64,000 nt of DNA from Escherichia phage TH09, in the sequence record MT446387.1. The stretch is one strand, 5' to 3'. A model generated the notes under the pieces. It was not told the DNA's origin and made no database searches. It saw only the letters and a program-made list of their open reading frames with translations. The translations under genes were made by a program, and so were the position numbers. Shown here in pieces: positions 50,602 through 58,667 of this stretch. Position 1 is the stretch's first letter. The number at the start of each line of letters is the position of its first letter.

Positions 50602-51132
50602 ATGTCGCAAGCTCTGCAACAAATTTTTAACCAAGCAAATACAACTAACTTTGTAGTATCAATACCACATAGTAATACTACATCTGCTTTTACTTTAAAT
50701 GCTCAGTCAGTTCCTATTCCGGGAATTAGAATACCTGTTACTGATACCGTGACTGGGCCGTTTGGACTGGGCCGAGCACAACGTCCAGGTGTTACATTCG
50801 AGTATGATCCACTCATTGTGAGATTTATAGTTGATGAAGAACTTAAGTCGTGGATAGGAATGTATGAATGGATGCTAGGAACTAGCAACTATCTTACAGG
50901 TGAAAATACTGCTCAAAAAACAGGTCCTGAATACATTACGCTTTACATCTTAGATAATAGCAAAACTGAAATCGTGATGTCAATAAATTTTTATAAGCCT
51001 TGGGTTTCTGACCTGTCTGAAGTAGAATTTAGCTACACAGAAGATTCAGACCCAGCCTTAGTATGCACAGCAACGATTCCTTATACGTATTTTCAAGTAG
51101 AAAAAGATGGAAAAATTATAGCAGAAGTTTAA
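50602..51132 (+). CDS. 3: tail tube terminator gp3
   Basis: Track ORF starts at an upstream alternative codon; ATG giving MSQALQQIFNQANTTNFVVS (176 aa) matches recalled T4 gp3. Confidence 0.85.
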   Translation: MSQALQQIFNQANTTNFVVSIPHSNTTSAFTLNAQSVPIPGIRIPVTDTVTGPFGLGRAQRPGVTFEYDPLIVRFIVDEELKSWIGMYEWMLGTSNYLTGENTAQKTGPEYITLYILDNSKTEIVMSINFYKPWVSDLSEVEFSYTEDSDPALVCTATIPYTYFQVEKDGKIIAEV

Positions 51133-51156
51133 TGCTTCAGTTTCATGTGTTATAAT
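51133..51156 (+). promoter_or_regulatory. middle promoter: MotA box TGCTTCA plus -10 TATAAT (gene 1)
   Basis: TGCTTCA at 51133..51139 and TATAAT at 51151..51156, spacing 11 nt. Confidence 0.65.
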
Positions 51157-51181
51157 CTTAACTAAATTTGAGGAGAAACAT

Positions 51182-51894
51182 ATGAAACTAATCTTTTTAA
51201 GTGGTGTAAAGCGTAGTGGAAAAGATACTACTGCTGATTTTATCATGAGCAATTATTCTGCAGTTAAATATCAACTTGCTGGTCCTATTAAGGATGCATT
51301 GGCTTATGCATGGGGTGTATTTGCAGCAAACACTGACTATCCTTGTTTAACTCGTAAAGAGTTTGAAGGAATTGACTATGATCGTGAAACTAATTTAAAT
51401 CTGACTAAATTAGAAGTAATTACGATTATGGAACAAGCATTTTGCTATCTTAATAGTAAAAGCCCAATTAAAGGTGTGTTTGTTTTTGATGACGCAGTTA
51501 ATTTCGTAGCATTTAACAAGATTGCTGACGTTATAAATAATATTGAAGATCAATGGTCAGTCCGTCGTCTGATGCAAGCCCTAGGTACGGATTTGATTGT
51601 TAATAACTTCGACCGCATGTATTGGGTAAAATTATTTGCTTTAGATTATCTTGATAAATTTAACTCAGGTTATGATTATTATATCGTTCCTGATACTCGT
51701 CAAGATCATGAAATGGATGCGGCTAGGGCGATGGGTGCTACAGTAATTCATGTAGTTCGTCCTGGTCAAAAATCCAATGATACTCATATTACAGAAGCTG
51801 GATTGCCAATTCGTGATGGCGATTTAGTAATTACAAACGATGGTTCTCTTGAAGAACTTTTTTCTAAAATTAAAAATACACTAAAGGTACTATA

Positions 51895-51895
<1 letters not shown>
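51182..51895 (+). CDS. 1: deoxynucleoside monophosphate kinase gp1
   Basis: 237-aa ORF with P-loop (GVKRSGKDT); MotA-box middle promoter upstream. Confidence 0.9.
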
Positions 51896-52592
<697 letters not shown>

Positions 52593-52604
52593 TTTCACAA
52601 AGTT

Positions 52605-52641
52605 GTTTACACGCTGATGAGGTAGTGATACTATTATCTCA
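52605..52641 (+). promoter_or_regulatory. early promoter with stem-loop enclosing the -10 (PeSL-like cassette)
   Basis: GTTTAC, 17 nt, gtgATACTAtt; inverted repeat gatgag/ctcatc spans the -10. Confidence 0.65.
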
Positions 52642-52664
52642 TCAAAATTAATTAGGAAAATAAA

Positions 52665-52922
52665 ATGAAAACTTTCAAAGAGTTTGCTACAAAAACTACT
52701 ATCACCGAATCTTCCCACGGTATGGAAGTAAAGCTTGGAATGGCTTTAGCTGAAGCTGAGCGTCTTTTCTCTCGTATTAAAGAACTTGCTGCTGCAGTCG
52801 ATCCTTCATCTTTTAAAGGAGACCAAACTAAAGTTAAAGCGCTTTTAGCATTATGCTCAGATGCAGGAGAAATTGCTAAAAATGGTTCTAAGATGAAGAA
52901 ACGATTAGAAGATTTAAAATAA
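52665..52922 (+). CDS. internal-protein-like protein with CTS-like N-terminus (85 aa)
   Basis: N-terminus MKTFKEFATKTTITE resembles the T4 capsid targeting sequence (MKTYQEFIAE); preceded by an early promoter/stem-loop cassette. Confidence 0.6.
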   Translation: MKTFKEFATKTTITESSHGMEVKLGMALAEAERLFSRIKELAAAVDPSSFKGDQTKVKALLALCSDAGEIAKNGSKMKKRLEDLK

Positions 52923-52934
52923 TTTCACAAAGTT

Positions 52935-52966
52935 GTTTACACAGGGTTTTAGTAGTGATACTATTA
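52935..52966 (+). promoter_or_regulatory. early promoter (PeSL-like), near-identical copy of the cassette at 52605
   Basis: The sequence aatttcacaaagttgtttacac ... agtgatactatta is repeated. Confidence 0.65.
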
Positions 52967-52998
52967 CTCTATCAAAACAAAACCAAATGGAAATCAAA

Positions 52999-53232
52999 AT
53001 GAAAACTTTCAAAGAGTTTATCGCTGAATCTTCTGATGTAAAAGTTGAGTTTATTTACACCGGCAAGAAAGATAAAATGGGTGAAATGCCTCATGGAGTT
53101 CTTCGTGATGCATTAGATAATTTCGGTCAACTCGCCGCAGAAGATTACGGTGATAAAATTGTTGTTACTGGTCCTGCTGCAGTTATTGAAAAATGGGCAG
53201 CAGAAAATAAATCAATTTTTCGTAAAAAATAA
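52999..53232 (+). CDS. internal-protein-like protein with CTS-like N-terminus (77 aa)
   Basis: Track ORF starts at a TTG inside the promoter; ATG at 52999 gives MKTFKEFIAESS..., same arrangement as the upstream gene. Confidence 0.55.
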   Translation: MKTFKEFIAESSDVKVEFIYTGKKDKMGEMPHGVLRDALDNFGQLAAEDYGDKIVVTGPAAVIEKWAAENKSIFRKK

Positions 53233-53271
53233 GTTTACTTTTAGATAGGGTAGTGATACTATTACCCTATC
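53233..53271 (+). promoter_or_regulatory. early promoter with stem-loop (gataggg / ccctatc) enclosing the -10
   Basis: GTTTAC, 17 nt, gtgATACTAtt inside an inverted repeat. Confidence 0.6.
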
Positions 53272-53290
53272 AACTACCGAGGAGAATAAA

Positions 53291-53476
53291 ATGAAACGTT
53301 GTGAATTAATTCGAAATGTTGCTATTGCAATTTCTGCTTCTGCTTTTAGTTTTTCAATGTTTGTTGGATTTATATGCGGATTATTGACTACAGCAGAAAA
53401 TGTGTTTTCGCTTGTAGTAGCATTTTTAATTGGTTTAATCGCTATCGTTATGGATAAAATTTCTAAAGGTGAATAG
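53291..53476 (+). CDS. small membrane protein (61 aa, two predicted TM helices)
   Basis: Hydrophobic ORF with its own early-type promoter/stem-loop upstream. Confidence 0.5.
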   Translation: MKRCELIRNVAIAISASAFSFSMFVGFICGLLTTAENVFSLVVAFLIGLIAIVMDKISKGE

Positions 53477-53477
53477 A

Positions 53478-53858
53478 ATGTATAAAGTGTACGCGGATTA
53501 TCAGGCTAATCCATCTGAAAAGCCAGATTGCCAAATTGGATGGGCTCATGATACCCTGCTTGAAGCAGTAGATGCTGCTCAAAAATTAGGATATAGTTAT
53601 GTAGATATTGTTCAACCTGGCGGAACAGTTATTACTCTTGAAGAGTTTAATAATATTAAACCAAACTTTTTACTTTTTGCAGGTGATAATTATTATCCTC
53701 GCGGTGGATATGCTGATTTAATCGCTAAAGCCGCTACCGAAGATGAACTCCGTGACATTATCAAAGAAAATGAAAACAAACCAATGTATGGTTTTAATCG
53801 CTTTGATTGGTGGCAAATTGTAAATGCCCACACTCATACTATTGTTGATGAAGGGTAA
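53478..53858 (+). CDS. hypothetical protein (126 aa)
   Basis: Track ORF starts at a GTG; ATG at 53478 with AAGG upstream immediately follows the upstream stop. Confidence 0.5.
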   Translation: MYKVYADYQANPSEKPDCQIGWAHDTLLEAVDAAQKLGYSYVDIVQPGGTVITLEEFNNIKPNFLLFAGDNYYPRGGYADLIAKAATEDELRDIIKENENKPMYGFNRFDWWQIVNAHTHTIVDEG

Positions 53859-53861
53859 ATA

Positions 53862-54155
53862 ATGATTCTTTATGCTAAAGTATCATCCATTGAAAATGGA
53901 TATAAATATGATCAAGACGCGGCTAAAGCCTTGATTGATGATTATGGCGTTTTAACATGTTTTGAAGTTGAAAAGGTTTATATTGACCGTTCATCTTCTC
54001 AAGTTAAATTATTGAAGGAAGACTGTAAATTTAATACAGTAAATTTTGATTTCTTTATTGAAACAGAAAAAGGTCCTCTTGAATATGATATTTTCAAGAA
54101 TCCTTTGGGTCTTGAATGTATTGAATATACTTACATTAATATGGTGAGTAAATGA
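53862..54155 (+). CDS. hypothetical protein (97 aa)
   Basis: ORF with AAGGG ribosome-binding site; tightly packed. Confidence 0.5.
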   Translation: MILYAKVSSIENGYKYDQDAAKALIDDYGVLTCFEVEKVYIDRSSSQVKLLKEDCKFNTVNFDFFIETEKGPLEYDIFKNPLGLECIEYTYINMVSK

Positions 54156-54667
54156 ATATTTGTTTAGGTACTACAATTCCACAGGGTTACGTAATTGATG
54201 TCACTACCTGGGAAAATGATGGTGACAACTATAAAACTAAAACACTGTTTGGCGTAGAAGAGCATGAAATCTTACAATTCCAATATCTTTTAAAGAAGTT
54301 TAAAAGCAGACATTCTAGTACTAAAGCTGAACGTTATTGTGGTAATGGCTTGTTCAGCGAGCAATCGCTTTTTATTTATGAATACTTGGTTGAAGGACTG
54401 TTCTCAGAACAACTTTATCCAGAATTCATTAAAAAGGTCTTTGATATAGAAGTTGACCTTGGTAATAAATCCGAAGAAGACGAAGAACGTGTATTTGACT
54501 TATTCTTTGTGAATGGTAATAAAGTGCTTGAAGGACTTATTAATATTTTAGGCAGTGCTTCTGAGTATTATGATTATGATTTTTTGCGTGTAGTTGAGAG
54601 TGTTAAATACTCTTATATAGAAGAAGAAATTGTTTTGCCGACCGTTAAAATGTTTAATTTGCTTTAA
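54152..54667 (+). CDS. hypothetical protein (171 aa)
   Basis: ORF whose start overlaps the upstream stop (ATGA). Confidence 0.5.
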   Translation: MNICLGTTIPQGYVIDVTTWENDGDNYKTKTLFGVEEHEILQFQYLLKKFKSRHSSTKAERYCGNGLFSEQSLFIYEYLVEGLFSEQLYPEFIKKVFDIEVDLGNKSEEDEERVFDLFFVNGNKVLEGLINILGSASEYYDYDFLRVVESVKYSYIEEEIVLPTVKMFNLL

Positions 54668-54753
54668 GAATTATTTGTTATTATTAACTCATGCCGCACT
54701 GATTAATACCCTCTATCATCAAGGGTTCTTATTTGAGAGCCTTTGTTAATAAT

Positions 54754-54826
54754 TGGGAATTAGCCAAGTTGGTAAGGCACTGGATTTTGATTCCAGGATG
54801 CAAAGGTTCGAGTCCTTTATTCCCAG
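54754..54826 (+). tRNA. tRNA-Gln (anticodon TTG)
   Basis: Hand-folded cloverleaf: acceptor tgggaat/attccca, anticodon loop ttTTGat, T-loop ttcgagt. Confidence 0.85.
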
Positions 54827-54827
54827 C

Positions 54828-54914
54828 GCGAGAATGGTCAAATTGGTAAAGGCACAGCACTTAAAATGCTGCGGAATGATTTCCTTGTGGGTTCGAGTCC
54901 CACTTCTCGCACCA
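54828..54914 (+). tRNA. tRNA-Leu (anticodon TAA), type II, CCA encoded
   Basis: Acceptor gcgagaa/ttctcgc, anticodon loop ctTAAaa, long variable arm, T-loop ttcgagt. Confidence 0.85.
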
Positions 54915-54919
54915 AATTT

Positions 54920-54993
<74 letters not shown>

Positions 54994-55003
54994 ATTTAAT
55001 TTA

Positions 55004-55077
55004 CTCCGTGTAGCTCAGTTTGGTAGAGCGCCTGATTTGGGATCAGGAGGTCCAAGGTTCAAATCCTTGTATGGAGA
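55004..55077 (+). tRNA. tRNA-Pro (anticodon TGG)
   Basis: Acceptor ctccgtg/tatggag (two G-U pairs), anticodon loop ttTGGga, T-loop ttcaaat. Confidence 0.8.
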
Positions 55078-55079
55078 CT

Positions 55080-55169
55080 GGAGGCGTGGCAGAGTGGTTT
55101 AATGCACCGGTCTTGAAAACCGGCAGTCGCTCCGGCGACTCATAGGTTCAAATCCTATCGCCTCCGCCA
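55080..55169 (+). tRNA. tRNA-Ser (anticodon TGA), type II, CCA encoded
   Basis: Acceptor ggaggcg/cgcctcc, anticodon loop ctTGAaa, long variable arm, T-loop ttcaaat. Confidence 0.85.
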
Positions 55170-55174
55170 GTTTT

Positions 55175-55250
55175 GCTGATTTAGCTCAGTAGGTAGAGCA
55201 ACTCACTTGTAATGAGAAGGTCGGCGGTTCGATTCCGTCAATCAGCACCA
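55175..55250 (+). tRNA. tRNA-Thr (anticodon TGT), CCA encoded
   Basis: Acceptor gctgatt/aatcagc, anticodon loop ctTGTaa, T-loop ttcgatt. Confidence 0.85.
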
Positions 55251-55251
55251 A

Positions 55252-55326
55252 GGCCCTGTAGCTGGAAGGTTCAAGCAAGCGACTCATAATCGCCAGATGG
55301 TGGTTCAATTCCACCCAGGGCCACCA
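55252..55326 (+). tRNA. tRNA with anticodon CAT, probably the AUA-reading tRNA-Ile of T-even phages (could be Met)
   Basis: Acceptor ggccctg/cagggcc, anticodon loop ctCATaa, T-loop ttcaatt. Confidence 0.75.
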
Positions 55327-55339
55327 AATTAAGAATTAA

Positions 55340-55426
55340 GGGGAGTTATCCCGTAGAGGTAGCGGTGTGGACTGTAAATCCATTGTCATTGCGACTCGGG
55401 TGGTTCGACTCCATCACTCCCCACCA
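55340..55426 (+). tRNA. tRNA-Tyr (anticodon GTA), type II, CCA encoded
   Basis: Acceptor ggggagt/actcccc, anticodon loop ctGTAaa, long variable arm; the D-arm fold is slightly atypical. Confidence 0.7.
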
Positions 55427-55430
55427 ATTT

Positions 55431-55505
55431 GGATGTGTAGCTCAATGGCAGAGCGATCGCCTGTTAAGCGATTGGTTATAGGTTCGAATCCTATCACGTC
55501 CGCCA
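55431..55505 (+). tRNA. tRNA-Asn (anticodon GTT), CCA encoded
   Basis: Acceptor ggatgtg/cacgtcc, anticodon stem atcgc/gcgat with loop ctGTTaa, T-loop ttcgaat. Confidence 0.8.
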
Positions 55506-55509
55506 AATA

Positions 55510-55585
55510 CGAGGCATAGCTCAGAAGGAAGAGCAAGGACCTTCTAAGTCCTGGGTCGTAGGTTCGATCCCTACTGCCTCGACCA
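55510..55585 (+). tRNA. tRNA-Arg (anticodon TCT), CCA encoded
   Basis: Acceptor cgaggca/tgcctcg, anticodon stem aggac/gtcct with loop ctTCTaa, T-loop ttcgatc. Confidence 0.85.
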
Positions 55586-55589
55586 AACA

Positions 55590-55930
55590 AGAAGCCGGGT
55601 CGCTACCGGTAAGTCGTCGGACTGATGTTCCCTGGGTAAGGACTGGCATTAACAAATCTTTACGATCGGTTAATGCCCCCTTACATCACAGCAGAAACGG
55701 CGCACCGAATTATCGATTCGAGGAAATATCTTTGCCGTAAGCCGAGTAGCGTTTTTGACGGAACGTTCGGATATGGTTGAGATATGGCCTTTTAAAATAT
55801 TAAGTAGCGTCAACTGCTTAATAACCGGGTTCGAATCCCGGCGTTTCGTACAAACACTTGCCTTAGCAGGTGGAACCCCGACAAGGTTGCCGCAAGGCTT
55901 AGCCCCGACCGAAAGGTTGGGGCTTTTTGG
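55590..55930 (+). ncRNA. structured non-coding RNA region directly after the tRNA cluster (one or two small stable RNAs; boundaries uncertain)
   Basis: About 340 nt without a plausible ORF, GC-richer than its surroundings; 8-bp hairpin gcattaac/gttaatgc near 55646..55677; tRNA-like T-arm ccggg-ttcgaat-cccgg at 55825..55841; ends in a GAAA-tetraloop terminator. The position corresponds to the small stable RNAs of T4. Confidence 0.5.
55902..55930 (+). terminator. hairpin (GAAA loop) plus T-run ending the small-RNA region
   Basis: gccccgacc-gaaa-ggttggggc followed by ttttt. Confidence 0.7.
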
Positions 55931-55938
55931 TATAAATA
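55931..55938 (+). promoter_or_regulatory. late promoter TATAAATA
   Basis: Exact motif 41 nt upstream of the ORF at 55979, right after the terminator. Confidence 0.6.
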
Positions 55939-55978
55939 TAGTAGTATATTAAAACCACGAATTAAAACAGGAAATAAG

Positions 55979-56452
55979 ATGAAATCATATGCTCAATTTT
56001 TAAATGAAGCGGTGTTAAATGAAGCATCTAGCACCGAAATTCAAGCTGTCGCAAAAGCTGCCATTGCCGCGGGTAAATATTCCTATAAAGATGCTTCCGA
56101 TGAATCACGATTCCAATTTGCTCGTGATATGAAAGCCGAAGGATTTACAGGGAATGCAGTTAGTATGGCTTGGAAAAGTTTAGTTGCTACTGGAGCTGCT
56201 TTTGCAAAGGCTTCAGGTAAACCTGCTCCTAAAGCAGATCCTAAAGTCGCACAAGAGAAAAATATTGTTAAAGGAATTATCTCCAAATATGAAGCTATCC
56301 TTAAAGAGCTTTTAGTAATTAAAACTGAAGGCCAAAAGCTAGCTCGTGCTTATAGTTTCAAAGATAACCCACATGTTCACTCTCTTGAATATGTTGAAGA
56401 CATCCAAAAAATTATTAAAGACCGCATTTGGTCTGCTAAACAAATCAAATAA
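55979..56452 (+). CDS. internal-protein-like protein with CTS-like N-terminus (157 aa)
   Basis: N-terminus MKSYAQFLNEAVLNE; TATAAATA 41 nt upstream; hairpin terminator downstream. Confidence 0.6.
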   Translation: MKSYAQFLNEAVLNEASSTEIQAVAKAAIAAGKYSYKDASDESRFQFARDMKAEGFTGNAVSMAWKSLVATGAAFAKASGKPAPKADPKVAQEKNIVKGIISKYEAILKELLVIKTEGQKLARAYSFKDNPHVHSLEYVEDIQKIIKDRIWSAKQIK

Positions 56453-56460
56453 CATTCTTA

Positions 56461-56489
56461 GCCCTAGCCGAAAGGTTGGGGCTTTTTAG
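56461..56489 (+). terminator. hairpin (GAAA loop) plus T-run, near copy of the 55902 terminator
   Basis: gccctagcc-gaaa-ggttggggc followed by ttttt. Confidence 0.65.
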
Positions 56490-56570
56490 TTTGAATCGCT
56501 CGGAGAATGCTGTTACATATAACAACGTGATAAATAATTAATAACCAATAAATTATTTCAAGGATTTTAA

Positions 56571-57134
56571 ATGAAAACCTACGCCGAATTTTTAACCGAA
56601 GCAGCAAAATTACCATCTGAAGCAGATCTTACTAAAGTATTCTTCCACTTGGACCCAAAAGACCGTGGCGATTTTCTTAAGTGGAAAGCTAAAGCTATTG
56701 AAATGTACAACATCGATAATAGTTCTTTTACAATGAGTCAAGAAAATAAATTCAATAAAGCATTTTTCAAAATTTCTAAGAAATTGGCATCTGGCGCTCA
56801 GGTTCCTAAATCTGCATTAGCTACTCCTGAACGCGCACCTGTTAAAATTTCTAAGAATATGTTCGACACTAAAAAATACGTTAATGCTTTGAATAAAGCT
56901 CTTGATGCATTGGATGATGCAAAGAAGGCAGCCCGTGATCTTCAAGACGTGTACACCGATTTTGATCGTAAAACTAAAGGTTCTATTTCAAATAGCGAAC
57001 GCAATAGTGTAAGTGTTTATTCTGATAGCCTTGACGTTCTTGGCGATGCGTATACTGAAATTAAAAATCGTATTAACACTGCATCTAAGCTAAAAGCTGC
57101 CGCAGAAGCTATAATAACTAAACTAGATAAATAA
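56571..57134 (+). CDS. internal-protein-like protein with CTS-like N-terminus (187 aa)
   Basis: N-terminus MKTYAEFLTEAAK; hairpin terminator downstream. Confidence 0.6.
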   Translation: MKTYAEFLTEAAKLPSEADLTKVFFHLDPKDRGDFLKWKAKAIEMYNIDNSSFTMSQENKFNKAFFKISKKLASGAQVPKSALATPERAPVKISKNMFDTKKYVNALNKALDALDDAKKAARDLQDVYTDFDRKTKGSISNSERNSVSVYSDSLDVLGDAYTEIKNRINTASKLKAAAEAIITKLDK

Positions 57135-57142
57135 TTTTAAAT

Positions 57143-57168
57143 CCCTATCTAAATGATAGGGCTTTTTG
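57143..57168 (+). terminator. hairpin plus T-run
   Basis: ccctatc-taaat-gataggg followed by ctttttgg. Confidence 0.65.
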
Positions 57169-57300
57169 GCATCTAGGCCTTTCTGGATCTCTCTAGGCAT
57201 CATTTAGTTTCTACCCTTTATAATATATTATCCTATCCTTTAATTGCCCCTTCCATCCCTAGAATTCCCTAAAACTTTTTAAAAAATTTTTCACAAAACT

Positions 57301-57330
57301 GTTTACATCCCTGTTCTTCCATGGTACTAT
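57301..57330 (+). promoter_or_regulatory. early-type promoter (GTTTAC, about 18 nt, TACTAT)
   Basis: Motif match upstream of the ORF at 57374. Confidence 0.5.
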
Positions 57331-57373
57331 ACAACTATCAACTACTGATACAGAAAACAACTTGGAGAATGAA

Positions 57374-57637
57374 ATGGATAATTACGGCGAACTGTTCAAC
57401 TTCTTTATGAAATGCGTTTCAGAAGATTTCGGTCGTACAGTGAATGATATTAAAGTTATCGGTCCTGATCATCCGATGTTTGAAACTTACGCAGTAATGG
57501 GTAATGAAGACGGTCAGTGGTATACTGTAAAGGTTGTGATTAACATGTTCACAGCAGAAGGTTATGTTAAACTGTCTTCTAAAGTTTACCATGATAACGA
57601 CGAAATCGCAGAAGAATATTTCAATAATATGAAATAA
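57374..57637 (+). CDS. hypothetical protein (87 aa)
   Basis: Track ORF starts at a TTG; ATG at 57374 with GGAGA 5 nt upstream; early-type promoter at 57301. Confidence 0.5.
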   Translation: MDNYGELFNFFMKCVSEDFGRTVNDIKVIGPDHPMFETYAVMGNEDGQWYTVKVVINMFTAEGYVKLSSKVYHDNDEIAEEYFNNMK

Positions 57638-57674
57638 GTTTACACAGGCTCATGATTGAGATATTATGAGCCTG
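57638..57674 (+). promoter_or_regulatory. early-type promoter with 9-bp stem-loop (caggctcat / atgagcctg) enclosing the -10
   Basis: GTTTAC at 57638; inverted repeat 57645..57653 / 57666..57674. Confidence 0.5.
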
Positions 57675-57692
57675 TAACTTGAGGAGAACATT

Positions 57693-58031
57693 ATGAAACG
57701 TAACTTTAGTAAAGCTTTTTGTAATCGAAATTATTATCCCGAAGAGCTTTTTGAATCTAAGGACTTTAAAGAGTTTAATGAACGTTCTCAAAACATGCCT
57801 GTACAATGGGTGTTAGATTATGCCAATCGTATCTTTGAAGGTGTGCGGGATATTTGTCCTGATGATGAAGCTCCTTATTTTAAAAAGGCTTGGGAGCTCG
57901 CCAATCAAGCATATATCAATGCTTCAGAATCTTATAAAGGTACTGACGACGATTTTATTTTACTGGCTATTAACGATGCTATTATAGAGGCCATCGATGA
58001 CTTTATTACGCTGAATTCAGATGAAGAATAA
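57693..58031 (+). CDS. hypothetical acidic protein (112 aa)
   Basis: ORF with GAGGAG ribosome-binding site. Confidence 0.5.
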   Translation: MKRNFSKAFCNRNYYPEELFESKDFKEFNERSQNMPVQWVLDYANRIFEGVRDICPDDEAPYFKKAWELANQAYINASESYKGTDDDFILLAINDAIIEAIDDFITLNSDEE

Positions 58032-58093
58032 GTATACAATCTATCTATTAGAAACGTGATATTATCTAATTATACCGACATGAGGAAACTGTT

Positions 58094-58624
58094 ATGTCTC
58101 TTTATACTGAACTGAATGAAACTTCCGAAAGATCTTTTGATGGTATTTTATCAATAATGCAAAAGCAGGTATTAGAACAGCTTAGTGAAGCCGCAAGCAA
58201 CGGACATAAGGCTTGTCGAATCCCAAGCCCACATCGTCGCCTGTATGAACGCCCTCTTATTAATTGGCTAGAAAGCGAAGGTCTTACGGTTAAGATTTGT
58301 CCTGCCAAATTTGATGTTCCACGTATTCTTAATATTTACTGGGATAAACCGATTGAGAAACCGATTGAGAAAAGTGACCCTTGGGTTGTTAATGTAAAAA
58401 CATGTGATAATGGATGCTCACTTGAGGTGTCTGCTGTAATTAAAGGCACTCACGGTGAAAAATCGTGGGGTTGGCCTGGTAAAAATAAAGAAATCGTGTT
58501 AAGTGTAAAAGCTACTAGTATTAGTACTCCTATAGCTAAAAGCATTATTAATGCTGCTATCGATGAAGCTGAACGAATTTGTAAAATTAAAAATAGTTTA
58601 CATCTCTCAAATAATGGGATATAA
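58094..58624 (+). CDS. hypothetical protein (176 aa) with internal KPIEKPIEK repeat
   Basis: ORF with GAGGAA ribosome-binding site; 12-bp tandem duplication at 58347..58370. Confidence 0.5.
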   Translation: MSLYTELNETSERSFDGILSIMQKQVLEQLSEAASNGHKACRIPSPHRRLYERPLINWLESEGLTVKICPAKFDVPRILNIYWDKPIEKPIEKSDPWVVNVKTCDNGCSLEVSAVIKGTHGEKSWGWPGKNKEIVLSVKATSISTPIAKSIINAAIDEAERICKIKNSLHLSNNGI

Positions 58625-58667
58625 TTCTTCCACAGATTTTAAATCTTAATCAACCTAAGGAAATACT

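Noticed and set aside
52933-52998. Longer version of the second CTS gene starting at 52933
   Set aside because: That start is a TTG inside the promoter -35 element; the downstream ATG reproduces the MKTFKEF N-terminus and spacing of the neighbouring gene.
55760-55850. Possible eleventh tRNA around the T-arm-like element
   Set aside because: An acceptor-like pairing and T-arm exist, but I could not fold a convincing D-arm or anticodon arm; kept as part of the ncRNA region instead.
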